A stretch of 64,000 nucleotides of DNA from Hyaloraphidium curvatum SAG 235-1 (GCA_025558095.1 JAIVFI010000031.1:310001-374000); one strand, 5' to 3'. Counted from the first letter of the stretch, positions 11,623-23,891 are shown. The notes: a model not told the origin generated them from the sequence alone. A program made the numbers and translations.

Positions 11623-14600
11623 ATGAGGCTCGGCGAACCCAAGTTCGCTTCGCGGGGCAATGCTCCTTCGAGCGACATCACTGGCCAGCTGACGGCCCGG
11701 CTGCATCTGCGCGCTGCTTCGTACGATATCGAACTCGAGCTGGTCCTGCGGCGATGGCTCGCTGCACTCCTTCCGGCCCATGCGGTGACGCTCCTCAACC
11801 CGGGGCCGGTGTTACCTGGGCCGATGGGGAACGTCCCGTGGGCATCGTTCTTCCAAACGCTGTCGGACGGCGTCATCCTGTGTGAGCTCATAAACAAGGT
11901 CCTGAACCAACCGGATTCGCGGATAAAGATCGAAACGAGCGGCAAACGGCTGGCTCGGTACCGAAATGTGTCTGCATATCTCGCCGCATCGGGCAAACTG
12001 GGGATTCCGTCCTTCACGATGGACGCACTGCAAGAGGGTCGGGACCCCAGCGCCGTGCAGCTCAACCTCCACCGCCTTTATCTCTTCGAGACGCGCAGGG
12101 CGAAGAAGGTACGTCTGCGCTCCTTCCGTTGGGCGGAAGTAACGCCCCGCACCACGCAGCTCCAAGCCAAGCGGCTCTCGAGGGAGTCATCGCAAGCTTC
12201 CCGCCGCTCGTCCCGGCACAGCTCGCAGACCTCGCTCAACGGCTCGTCGCAGTCGCTGGCTTCTGCGGCAGGCACCACCCACCCCGCGGCGCTCCATGCC
12301 CGGACTCCGATATCCGCGATGGCGCCGACGACCCAATTCTCTACGGAGAACGAGTACGAGCGGCTCTTGAGGGAGATCGATGACATTCTAGTCGTTGGGA
12401 ACTCGGACAACGTTGTGGTCCAATCGAGAGATCCGTCCAGCACTGATCTTGGACTGCCATCTGGACCGATCGAAGCTGCCTCACCGGAAGCTTCCCCTGA
12501 TGGGCGACCGGTCGTGCCTCCGATCGTCACCAAAGCTTCGAAGGCAAAACAAACGGAGCCCATCAATGGGAGACAACCAACAATGTCGGAAGCAACGAGA
12601 CGATTCCTCCAGCAACTCGACGAGCAGAACCTCATGACTCCCAAGGACGACTCTTCTTGGGATGTGCCAGAGTCGGAGGAGAAAGAAATGGTGAACTGGG
12701 TCAACTCGAAGCTTAGGGACCAAGTACCGAGTCCCGTCGGGGTGTCGCATTGTCTTGGCGACGATGACATGAAGAGGGGGGAAGAACGCCCCACCAGGAT
12801 CTCGAACGTGGGGAAGGATTTCAGAACGGGTGTCGTCTTGCTTGAGCTGCTGGAGGTAAGCGACGTCTAGCGCTTGGCATTCGACCGTTCTGAAGCTCAG
12901 GTCTCCCCAAGGCATTGGGAACCAACGTGGGCCACTACGAGAGAGAAGTCACGTCGCTCTACGACTGCGCCAGCAACGTCTCGCTCGCGATCCGTGGCCT
13001 GTCGGCAGCCACCTTCTGCCCCAATTTCAGACCGCTCGAGATCGTAAAGGGAAATGCAGCGGCCACCATGGAAGTGCTCAAGTACGTGCGGGAGAAGTTT
13101 GACGGTAGGTGATGCGTTCCGATTTCCGTGCTCAATCTGACGACAAGTCGCAGTGAGTTTGCCGGCGCTACACACTGTTGTCCCCTGTTACGTGCGCCCC
13201 GCTAACTTCGCGCATCTTGCAGTTTTCGTACTTCTATGACCGCCTCCTGGAGCACACCCACGTGACGAAGATGGTCACACAGGCATATTCGGCGCCCGCG
13301 ACTCCATTGGCCAATCCAGAGCTGGAAGACGACGAACCTGGCACCGATGAAGCCCCAGCGGACACCGGACGTGTCGCAAACGGTCCAACTCATCCGGAAG
13401 CTGGTTCTCAACCAAGCCAAGAAGTCAACGCCCCAACTGCGGATGTAGGGCCGTCGCCCGTCGACCTCCCCCCACGCTGGATACCGCCGCGCATGGACAG
13501 TCTGTCGACTCAAACGCAGCTTCTTGCTGTGAATCCTCCACCGGAGCCATCTGCCCCGAAGGCTGCGGCGGCCAAGGACGAGGCTCGTACCCACGTCTCG
13601 GCCTCCGCGATCGAGATCTCACAGGCCCATGCAACGATGCGGAAGCACATCGTCGAGGAGTTGGTGTCTTCGGAGCAAAAGTATTGCGAGAACATCCGCC
13701 TCCTGCTGCTCGACTATGCCGAGCCCCTGCAACACGCCGGCGGATTGAAGGAGGAGGAGCTCGTACCTCTAACAGGCCGGATCAGGGACATTTGGCGGGC
13801 GCATCTGAAGCTTCTGGCCGACCTGGAGGACGAGCTGGCTCAGTGGAACGACACGAGCTCCGTGGCAGACATCTTCCGCCATCATCTCCCGCACTTGTCG
13901 TGCTACGGCACGTACATGAAAGCCTACTCGCGGATGGCGGTGCATCTTGCATATGCTCAGCGGTTCAACCCCGAGATCGCGGCCATCGTTCAGCAGTTCA
14001 ACGGGAAGGTTGCCTCCCAGAACGGACTGTGGCTGGAGTCCTACATGCTGATGCCAATCCAGCGACTCCCTCGCATCGTGCTGATGCTACGGGACATGGT
14101 AAAGCACACTCCGCCGACATGGGAAGAGGCAGAAGACCTTGCAAACATTATCGAGCGGCTGGAGGGGCTCCTCAAGAACATCAACTCGGAGATTCCCCAG
14201 CAGCACACCACCGCTCTCAAGGAGATGCAAACCATCATCCTCTCCGCCGAGGGCTCCATGGACGCAATGGCTTGCTTGTCCCCTGATTCGAGCTTGGTTG
14301 CAACGGCCCAGCTCGAAGGGTACAAGATCACCAAAGGAGGCAAGTCGTCGAGCGGGGAGGACAGCAACATGCACAGGGTCGTGGTAACCACGGCCGGCAT
14401 GCTGCTGACGTCCCAGAAGATGGCCGCTCAGCGCAAGAAGGTGCTCGGACTCATCAAGACGGGGACCATTGTCCCCGACTCGACGAGGAAGATGGAGATC
14501 CAGTGGTGGTCGACCTGGAAGGACTGCACCGTGTCGCTGCTCGGCAACGCGATCACGGCGGTGAATCCGGTTCCGGAGATTGGCGTGTGCAAGATGTCGT

Positions 14601-14659
14601 TCGAGGACGCGTCGGATGCAGAGGTGGTATTCAAAGCCGTCAAGAAGTTGGCATTGTAG
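11623..14659 (+). CDS. Rho guanine-nucleotide exchange factor with two calponin-homology domains, a DH domain and a PH-like C-terminus; multi-exon
   Basis: CH1: LSDGVILCELINKV...NVSAYLAASGKLGI. CH2: MVNWVNSKL...DFRTGVVLLELLEV...EIVKGN. DH: RKHIVEELVSSEQKYCENIRLL...LESYMLMPIQRLPRIVLMLRDMVKHTP. Confidence 0.82.
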
Positions 14660-14671
14660 TTGGTGAACACG

Positions 14672-15865
14672 TCAGCTCAAATCTTGCTGCGCCCCCGAAT
14701 CGTAGTGCCCGAGCCCCCGTCCCTTTGCCATGATCCGGACAGTGACTGGCTCCAAGATGCCCGAGCTTCCGTCCTCGCCGGGCCTGCCCAACCCCTCACC
14801 GACCGACCAGCCCATCTTCTCCATGAGTTTGAAGCCGATACCGCCGCTGATAGGCGCGACGTCGGCGCCGACTTCCTCCCCGATCGCATAGCCCTTGGCG
14901 GCAGGCCGCGCCTGATCCTTGTTCAGCCTGAGGCCGGCAGAGCCCTTCTTCCTCCGGTCCGCCTTGGAAACGACGTTCGGGATGGTGTTGGACATTTCGC
15001 TCGCCGTCGGGTCCACCGCGAGCACCTTTTCCACGAGGCGATTCCAATCCGGCGGCACCGCCGACGCCTGCGTCCGGTAGAGAGTCGTGTACTTTCGAGC
15101 GCCGTGGCCCTGCGTCCCCGTTTTGACGCGGTACTCGGCCGCGAGCTTCAGCGCCGGCCGCCGAAGCACAGCCGGCATCGGCGGCAGCGCGCCCATCTCG
15201 GGCTGCAGGGGGTCGGCGACGAAGCTGCGCAGGGTGCTGTTTATCGGCCCTAAGAGCGCGTGCAGCTTGCCCCCGGCGCCGCCGTCACGTGTACCCTGCT
15301 TCAGTCCGTTGCGTATCTTGCGCGACTCGGTGTCCATGGCCTGGATCCGGTCGCGCTTGGCCTGCAGCTTCGACCTGCGCTCCGCCTTGCGTAGCTTCTT
15401 GGCCGCCGACTTTGATATCTGTCCCGGACCGGAGGGTCCCACCGCGCCATCGTTACCATCCGAATCCGATCCTTCGTCATCGTCGCTCGCGTCGAACCCC
15501 AGCACCGCCGAAAACGCGGCGCCGCTCAGGAGGTCCTCAGCACCCAGGCCCCCGGAGTTCTCGAGGTAGTCCCGGATCCAGACTTCGTCGTCGTTGTCCG
15601 AATCAGACGAGGATGCGGAGTCCCCCGCAGCCGGTCCGCTGTCCAGAAGCGGTCCGCCGGGTTTCGAGACAGGCGACGGTTCGGTCGACGCGACGAGTCC
15701 GTCCACCGGATCCTCCAACACAGAAATCGACGGCCCAGCCGCACCAAACGAGTGATTTTCTGTCCGGCCCTTTCCCACGCCAAGCGAGCTGGGCTCGTAG
15801 TCAATGACATCCTGAGCCCCATTCTGGAGCCCCTGATCGCCGACGGTGTCTATAACGAAGGCCAT
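14672..15865 (-). CDS. SQS1: SQS1-like R3H + G-patch domain protein
   Basis: FVIDTVGD N-terminus, R3H-like LPPMPAVLRRPALKLAAEYRVKTGTQGHGARKY, G-patch IGFKLMEKMGWSVGEGLG...GILEPV...KGRGLG. Confidence 0.78.
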   Translation of the reverse strand: MAFVIDTVGDQGLQNGAQDVIDYEPSSLGVGKGRTENHSFGAAGPSISVLEDPVDGLVASTEPSPVSKPGGPLLDSGPAAGDSASSSDSDNDDEVWIRDYLENSGGLGAEDLLSGAAFSAVLGFDASDDDEGSDSDGNDGAVGPSGPGQISKSAAKKLRKAERRSKLQAKRDRIQAMDTESRKIRNGLKQGTRDGGAGGKLHALLGPINSTLRSFVADPLQPEMGALPPMPAVLRRPALKLAAEYRVKTGTQGHGARKYTTLYRTQASAVPPDWNRLVEKVLAVDPTASEMSNTIPNVVSKADRRKKGSAGLRLNKDQARPAAKGYAIGEEVGADVAPISGGIGFKLMEKMGWSVGEGLGRPGEDGSSGILEPVTVRIMAKGRGLGHYDSGAQQDLS

Positions 15866-15999
15866 TTGACGCGGTGCTCGTAGGCGGACGGAGGTTGAGA
15901 CGCCGACTCACGCCTCGTCAACCTTTACTCGCGCAAGGTGTTGCGACTAAATTGCAACCATCGTTAAAGATCAAACAAACATTCTTGCCAGCTGTTGCG

Positions 16000-16212
16000 A
16001 TGTCCCAGCAGCATCTCGTCGACCGCCGGGACGTCGCCCAGAAGCTGTGGCGGGGCGGGATGTGCCAGACGAGTTGGATATGCCGCGCGTTCGGGGTGGA
16101 CCGCAGCACCTTCTGGCGATGGATGAAGGTCCACTTTTCCGCCGGTTCTAACGAATCGAGACCTATGAATAGAGCAGAGGCAGTTCCAGTCTATGTACCA
16201 TTACGTATCTAG
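16000..16212 (+). pseudogene. Short helix-turn-helix ORF, possible transposase remnant
   Basis: QTSWICRAFGVDRSTFWRWMK has HTH spacing. No catalytic domain follows. Confidence 0.35.
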
Positions 16213-16292
16213 CACACAAGAATTCCCCGGCCCGGTCCGAGGCCCACGATCCGCCCTCCCGCACATCCAGCCCCTTTTTCGAGATAGATCCC

Positions 16293-18031
16293 TCACTGGT
16301 CGTCAATCGTCGTGAACGGCACGATCAGCAGGAAGTAGATGGTGATCAAGAAGCTCCCCAGCGTCGCCAGGATGCTCGCCAGCGGCCCCTTTGCCCTCCC
16401 GTCCCCGAGCACGGAGCGGTAGACTGCGAGCGCGATGCCCGCGAGCACGTAGCGCAGCCCCGAGTTGCGGAACGGGGCGCGCCGCACGTACACGCGGCGG
16501 CGGTCGTGCACCCGCGCGAGGTTGTCCATGAAGATGCGGCCCATGACCTCGAGGGTCCACTTTTCCCGGGCCGCGCGGACGACCGCGGCTCGGTCCAGGT
16601 CCAAGCAGGCGTGGATCGAGTCGGCTAGGCCGGTCGGGAGCATGTAGCCCGTGACGCCGGGGTCGATGACGTCCTTGGGGCCGGTGACGTAATGCGCGCT
16701 GGCGAGTTTTGCGCCCACGTCAGCTTCGGGAACTCGACCGCGGCATCGACAACACTCACGCAACGGGCGTTCCGCATGCCATTGCCTCGATCATGACGTT
16801 GCCGAACGTGTCGGATTTGGAGGTGAAGACCAGGACGTCGGCACCCGCGAAGTGCATGGCCAGCTCACGGCCCAGCTTGAGCCCGGTGAAGATGACGCGT
16901 TTGCCATACTTCTTCTCCAGGTAGGCCCTCTGTAACGCAACCAAGAAGTGCGGTCAGCTCCGGAAGCCTGCGCGAGCCGTGCGTCCCACCTGCGGCCCCT
17001 CGCCCACGAGCACCTTCGTGCCCAGTGAGTCATCCAGCGCGCAAAACTCCTCCACGTTCTTCTCCCTGCTGATCCTGCTCACGCACAGGATCACCGGCCG
17101 CCTCAGCCCCGCGTACACCCCCGCCTCGGCCGCGGCCTCCCTCATGGCCGGGCAGAACAGCTCCGCGTCGACCCCCCTCGTCCACGGCACCAGCGCGATG
17201 CCGTCCCCCAGCCTCTGCTCCAGGTCGCGCTTGACCCCCGCGGTCGGCACGAGGCAGCCCCGCGTGGGCCGGTGGAACCACGACAGGAAGGGGTAGCACA
17301 CGGCGGCGGGGAGCCCGATGAGCTCGTCGAGGTACTCGGGGAAGCGGGTGTGGTAGCTCGTGGTGAAGGGGATCTCGCGCTTGCAGCAGAAGATGCGGGC
17401 GGCGCCGCCGAGGGGGCCCTCGGTGAAGATGTGGATGGCGTCGGGGGAGACGTCGATGATGCGCAGGCCGACGAGCCACGGGGTCAGCGCGAGGCGGACC
17501 TCGGGGTAGGCGGGGAAGCCGACGGTGGTGAACTGCGAGGGCTCGATGATGTGCACCTCGTGGCCCAGCTTCTGGGCGTGGATGATGAGGTTGCGGATCG
17601 TCGTGACGACGCCTAATCGGACGACAGAAGGGGGAATGCTCGGCAGTCAGCAACATGACGGCAAGCTCGCAGGCTGCAGACGGCCCACCGTTGACGCTGG
17701 GCAGGTACGTGTCGGTGACGAACAGGATGCGCTTCCCCCTGCCCCTGCCCTCGCCCTCCGCGCGCTCCTTCTCCTTCGTGCGGCGCCGCAGCCTGCCCGC
17801 CCACGGCCTGATCGCGCCGGACAGCCCGCGGTGCTCGGGCAGCGCCGGCACGGGCACCGACGGGTCCGGCGGCGGCACGGGGTGCAGCACCGGCGACACC
17901 GTCAGCTTGTTGCGCGGGGCGACCAGCGGCTCGACGTATGTGTCGCCGGTGAAGGTGAAGTCCGTCTGGATCAGGAACGGCGACGCCGGCGACGTCGGCG
18001 AGGCCGGCGCAGCGCCCGCGGGGTCCGCCAT
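16293..18031 (-). CDS. GT4-family glycosyltransferase (bacterial Agt/MgtA/SQD2-like glycolipid synthase type) with C-terminal TM helices; multi-exon
   Basis: ILFVTDTYLPSVNG|VVTT, FPAYPEVRLAL, DAIHIFTEGPLG, FTTSYHTRFPEYL, RGVD, RISREKN, VFTSKSDTFGNVMIEAMACGTPVA. Confidence 0.88.
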
Positions 18032-18257
18032 TTCTCTCGGGGTCCGATTCCGGGCGCGGGGCAGCCGGGCACGCGGACCGTGCGGAGTGCGCCCGGCCGC
18101 GAGCAAGCAAAGAGGCGGGACCGCTTCCGCGGCCTTGGCGACGGCCTCAAGCAGTGCCGAGATGTGACCCGATGGTTGGGGCGGCTGGGCGGGTGATCAT
18201 CCGATCCCGGAGAACACCCGCGTGGACACCACGCCAATACGTGGCCGCAGCCCAAGC

Positions 18258-19289
18258 ATGGCCCGCAGGCGCGAATCGACCGCGGACTCGGGCATCGTGC
18301 TCGAAGACAAAAGCGGCGCCGGCCTCTCGGCACCCCCCGCCGCCCTCCCCGACCCCCTCCCCCGCCGACATGCGAATCCGGCCATCCCGTCCGATCTCGA
18401 GCTCCTGGTCACTGCAATTGCGGTTCCTGCTTCATATTGGGCCGCGGGGGACGCTGGAGAGGGGCTGGTGGGCGCCGTGGCGGCCGCAACGGCGGCTTAT
18501 CGCCTGGGGCTGCTCTTCCTGCGGCGGTGGCTCGCCGGGTTTGAGTTCTACAAGGTGCGTTGCTCTCTTTCTGGCTTCAAAGGGCTCTTTGCTGATTTCT
18601 GCCTGTAATCTGCGCCGATTCGCGGATGGTGTCTTCATTATCGCCACCTCCGCCCGATCTCGCCGGTTCCCCGTCGCCGTCGTTCTGTGCAGTCGATGGA
18701 CCCGCCCGCCCGCCTGCGCTTCCAAGGCTGGTCCCTGAGCTTTGCCAACGCGCTGGTCATGACGGCATTGGGCCTGCGGTCGCACCTGAGGCCGCACCGC
18801 CGCACGGACCTCCTCTCTGTCTCGCTGCTGGCGGGTTACCTCCTCGCGGATCTCGGCGTCCTCGTGCCTCATTTCTCCCAGCGCATCCTGGACATAGCGC
18901 ACCACCTCCTCAGCCTGGCGCTGTGCTGGGGCATGCTCTTCCGCGGCGTGCTCCCCTCGCACCTGGCCTTTGTCATGCTGACCGAGGTCTCGACCATCTT
19001 CCTGGACCTGGCGAGGGTGCTCCCCGTGCTGGGCATGGAAAAGACCCCGGCGTTCGTGCTCTCGGCCGCGGGCTTCGCGGCTTCGTTCCTCTGGGTGCGC
19101 GTGGGCTGGTTCGGCGCGCTGATCTGGCGGGCCGATCTGGGGGCGGGGGACCCGGACTGGCCGGGGCTCGGGGTCTTGGGGCGGACGGCGGCCAGGGCGC
19201 TGTTTGCGCTGCAGGTGTGGTGGACGGGGGAGATCTGGAAGAAGGCGGCGGAGCTGATGGGCAAGGGGGGCGCGAAGAAGGCGACGTGA
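18258..19289 (+). CDS. TLC (TRAM/LAG1/CLN8) domain membrane protein
   Basis: GYLLADL...IAHHLLSL...LTEVSTIFLD...FLWVRVGW...LQVWWTGEIWKK is the TLC signature. One intron at about 18555-18692. Confidence 0.8.
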
Positions 19290-19438
19290 GCCGGGTCCCA
19301 CCTGTACTGTGGGCGTAACATATGAGCTAAGTGTAGTCTTCCTTTAATGGAAAGGGGTGAGAGGAGTTGGACGACGGTCCCAGGGGCGTGATCAGTTTTC
19401 GAGCAACGGTTCCAACCGTCCCCAGTCCCCAATCAAGG

Positions 19439-21460
19439 ATGTCTGGCGACGGGGCGCGGTCGCCTGTCGGCGGGCCGGTCGCGGTGCAGACAGCCGTGCC
19501 GCTGCCGCGCCTGCCGCCGATGTACCTGCCCGGCGACGGTTTCCCCGGGGGCGGCCCCTCCCCGGAGCCCGGGCTGCCGATGCTCGTCGAGCACGACGGG
19601 CGGCTGTCGCTCAAGAACGTGCCGCTGCCCGCGGGGCTGCCGGCCGCCGCGATGCCGCCGCTCGCGGCGCTCTTCCCGCCGTACGCGGCGCTGCGGCACG
19701 CGCCGCTGCCCGCCCCGCTGCCCGGCGCGCCCGCCCCCCGCGAGCGCGCGCCGTCGGTGTCGACCGTCGCCGCGTCGCCGCGCACCGACGCGCACTCGGC
19801 AAACACGTCCGTCGCGGGCAGCCCGCCGCGCGGCGGCCCCGTCGTCGAGCCCGTGCGCGGCGGCCCCGTGGTCGCGTCGCCGACGCGCGCAACGTACCTG
19901 CCGGGCCCCGTCGTGGTGCTGCCGCTGCAGCCGAAGCCGAGGAGGCCAGGGAAGCGGCAGCGGGACGACGCGTTCGACGACGGGACGGTGCGTCGAACGG
20001 CTCTTGACCCTCCAGACCGCGGACCTCACCTTCTTCCCCGATTCCACCAGTCCGTCGCATCCTCGCAGCCGTCGGCCATGCCCTCGATCCCCGCCGCCGC
20101 CCGCAAGGACAACCGCTCCCGCAAGAAGGGCCGCCCCGCCGCCGCCCCCGCGCGCAAGAAGCCCGCCGCCGCCCCCCAGGCCGTCTACGTCCCCCAGCAC
20201 ATCCTCAACCTCCCCCACGCGGACAAGCTCGCCGCGTACCAGCGCCACGTGGCCCTCGCGCTCAACCAGCACAAGAAGCGGCCGCGCTACGAGGACTACT
20301 TCCCCCTGTCGCACGGCGAGGACTACCACCCCTGCGTGTGCGAGGGGCGCTTCGTCGGCATGGAGGAGACCGTCTCATGGATCGCCTGCGACGTGTGCGA
20401 CTCGTGGTTCCACGGGGAATGCGTGCAGATGCCCCCCGCGCTGATGGAGCTCTGCGAAAAGTGGTTCTGCCCGTCGTGCCGCGTGCACGAGGGCCGCACG
20501 CACCTGTGGCACAAGCCGTGCGCGAACGAGCTGTGCGCGAGGAGGTGGCACGCCGACGCCGAGGGGGGGAGCAAGTACTGCTCGCGCGAGTGCGGCGTGG
20601 CGGTCGCCGAGAGGAGGCTGGGCGAGAGCAACGAGCGGCGCAAACGGGCGTGGCGGGACGGGGTGATCGGGGAGGAGACCGAGGAAAAGGCGGGCGTGTT
20701 CAGGAGCATGGTGGCCGGGCTCGCGGGCGCAGCGCCGGACGTGGAGGTGGAGGAGCCGGCGGACGAGGTGTGGCTGGGGCCGCTCGAGAGGGACGACCTC
20801 GCGAGGGCGCGCGAGATTCGCTGGGAAAAGGCCAAGGAGAGGGCTAATCTGCGGCGGTGGCTGGCTAGGAAGGTGGGGTTTGTGCGGATGGCGTAGGCGT
20901 CCCGGGAAGCTAACTCACAAGGCGCGTTCACCCCACAGGAACTCTTCGATGCCTTCACCAAGCGCCTCGACGCGCAAAACGAGTCCGCCGGCGCCCCCGG
21001 CGTCTGCGGCTTCCACCCCGCCCTGCTGCGCCTCCTCGACGGCGACCCCTCCTCCCTGGACCCCGCGGACCTCGCCGTCTTCGACGCCGACGCCTCGGGC
21101 GTCCCCGAGGGCGCCTGCTCCCTCGCGCGGCGCTCGTGCCCGCGGCACGGGGAGTGGCAGGCCTCGCACGCGGACGAGCTGGACACGGAGCTCGAGGCGG
21201 GGGTCAAGGCCGTGCGGAGGCTCAGGAAGGAGGAGGGGGACCTGGTGGCGCGGATGGAGAGGAGGATGGAGGTCGCGGTGGGTTGTTTGCCGCACCGATC
21301 CGACTGCGGTTGTCTGATCCGTCGTCGCTCGTCGCAGGACATGTTCGGCACCCTGGGCAAGCTCGACGTGGACGTGCTCGTGGAGCGGCTGATCAAGCTG
21401 GGCCCGCCCAACTTTGCCGACGGCGAAGGCATCGAAAAGGCAATCAGGTCGCTGTACTGA
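19439..21460 (+). CDS. SPP1: COMPASS/Set1C PHD-finger subunit Spp1/CFP1; multi-exon
   Basis: PHD CVC...WIACDVCDSWFHGECV...WFCPSC, then C..ELC...SKYCSRECG, GVCGFHP and C...RRSCPRHGEW. Confidence 0.82.
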
Positions 21461-21651
21461 TACCCCCGGCGCGCGCGCCGGATCATACCCTGTTCTTCGT
21501 TGGATTGTACGCTTACGGTAATGAGGATGGACGGTTGTTCGAGGAACGAGGCGAGGCCAGAAGTCCAGGTCCCACCCATCGATCTCGCTCCACTCTACAT
21601 GTATCAATCGACTAAAGAACGACTCGGGTATTCGACACAGCAAATCAATCA

Positions 21652-23891
21652 TCAGTCGTCGTCATCATCGTCCGTGCCGGAGTCGTCGCTGTGCTCCTGC
21701 TCGTACCGCTGCTGATCACGAGCATCCGGGGGTGCCGCCGCCCCTTCCGTGCCGTCCTCATCCGCGTCGGGAGCCCGCATCGACCTCGCAGGGTACTCGT
21801 CCTTATGGTAGGTCTCCCACACCTCCAGGGTCTCTTGAAACCTGACCCTCTTCTTCAACGCATCCAGCACCGCTTCAGCGAGGCCAGCGAGCGGATCTCC
21901 CCCGGCCAGGGTCTCCGCATCCGCCGCCAAGTCCGAGCTCGCTTCCTCCGAGGCGACAAACGATCCGCTGCGCTGTGCCGCGCACTCGAAGCACCATCCA
22001 TCCCAGGCACGGAACGACGAGCGGTGTTCGCACACCGATGCCACCTGCTGCGCCTGCTTCAGGATCTGGACCTCGGTCCGGGACAGCCGCGCATCCTCCG
22101 CATCGAGCAGGTCCGCGAGGAGCTGCCGCACCGCCTCGGCCTGGCCGCCGCCCGAGAGCGACATGATCTCCATGCACGCTCGGACATCGGCGCGGAGGTC
22201 GCGGTGCAGACCCAGCGCCGAGGCTTGTACACCAGCCGGCTCGGTCGCGAGGAGCGATCGGAACCGGCGGAGCACGAGGAGGTGCAGCCAGGCCGCGTGT
22301 GTGGCGGCGCTGACGGCCATTTGGGCAAAGACCACGTCACGGGCGACGGCGTCCTGTCCCTCGCGTGCGGCGCACATGCGCATGTTGGCGGATATTTGTC
22401 CGGCGCATCGAGAGGCCTCGCGGAAGGACGGGGAGGAGAACCAGAACAGGAGGAGTTCGGCCTCGGCTTCCTCGTTGCGCACGCCGTCGCTGTCCTGGCT
22501 TACGTCTGCGAACGGTTCGGGGCACATGAGGAGCATTTGGATAAGGCGCAGTGTTGCGAGGATCGCCATCACGTGCGGCCGCAGTGGCGGAGCGAGATCC
22601 GTCAGCGCCGCGGCGAGGGCGCCGTGATCGCTGTCTCGGGCAGCGGAGACCAGATCGTGCGGCAGATGGCGCTCGACGTCTCTCATGGCATGGAGCAAGA
22701 ATGACCGCCGGCGAATCGCTTCCGACAGCAGCGGCTTCCCGAGCACCGCTTGGACGTAGGATGCCGGAAGCTGCGCCGGCAAGGAGCTCGTTCGAAGGAC
22801 TTCCTCCGCGACCAACAGATCCAGCATCGAGAGTCCGGCTTCGTCACTGAGCCACGAGCCAAACTCGGCCACTTTCTCACGAATAAACATGACGAGGAAG
22901 TCGACGAGCGAAAAGCCGTGCGCAATGAAGTTGGGAAACACCCAGGCGAGAACTTCTGCGCGTCCTAGTGCACCGACAGGGCCGGGATTTGAGTGATCCA
23001 GCCACCCGAGGAACTCGCGGCATCGAAAAGCGGGTTCGGACCGAAGCAGATAGTCCGGCACGGGAACGTTCGGGGCGCGCTCCGTCGGGCCGGGAACGTC
23101 GCGAACCATGAGCACCGGGCGCAACAGCGGCGCCGTGGGAAACTCTTTCGCCAGATCGTACTCGAGTTTGCGACCGGTGTTGGCGGCGATTGCCGAACCG
23201 CTGCGTAACCGACCATGGGGTAAGCAGTCCATCAAAATCTCACCACAATGCAGCGAAGGACCCACATTAGTACCAATGGCGTCCAAAAAGCGATCTTCCA
23301 GTGCTCAAGAAGCAGCAGGTCGTCCATGTCCTGCGGTTCATACTCGTAGCCCGTCTCGCCCGGCAAGCGGATCCGCCTGAAGATGGCCAGGGACAGCTTG
23401 ACGAATGCCGGAGCGCCTTCGATGCGCGATACAGCAAAGTGGCAGAAACTGCCGGCCAGCTGCACAGCGAAAGCGAGAGCCAGGTTCTCAATCGAGTGAA
23501 GAGATCCCCCGGTGACAGGTGTAGAATCGGCTTCGCGCCAGAACCGCGCAAGGTCCGCCTTCAAGGTTCTTTCGACGAAATTCCGCTCCAGCAGGACGCC
23601 GAGATCGCCCAGAGAATGTGTCGTCGAGAAGCTGCGGTCGTCTGCAGACGCCGTGCGGCGTGCGAGGGCCGTCATTGCGGCCATCCAGTTCACGACAGAG
23701 ACCACCACAGGGTGGCCGTAAAGGCGAACCCATCGTTCATCGCCGGTCCACTGCTCGCCCGATTGGACGGCTAGGAACATCTCGTGCTGGAAGGGGTGAT
23801 GCCGCGAGGGACTAAAGAGACCCAGGCCTCGACAAGGGACCGAAATCGAGGGGTCAGCCGCGGCCCATCGTCCGTCGCGGAAGGCGGCCAT
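21652..23891 (-). CDS. Protein with fungal transcription-factor middle-homology-like region and C-terminal PP1-docking RVxF motif
   Basis: Two ORFs joined by a probable intron near 23272-23200. EHWKIAFW...NTGR resembles the Fungal_trans region. C-terminal KKRVRFQETLEVWETYHKDEYPARSM. Confidence 0.55.

Noticed and set aside
16128-16566. 13-nt direct repeat GGTCCACTTTTCC at about 16128 and 16554
   Set aside because: The second copy lies inside GT4 coding sequence and does not bracket a coherent element, so it is likely chance.
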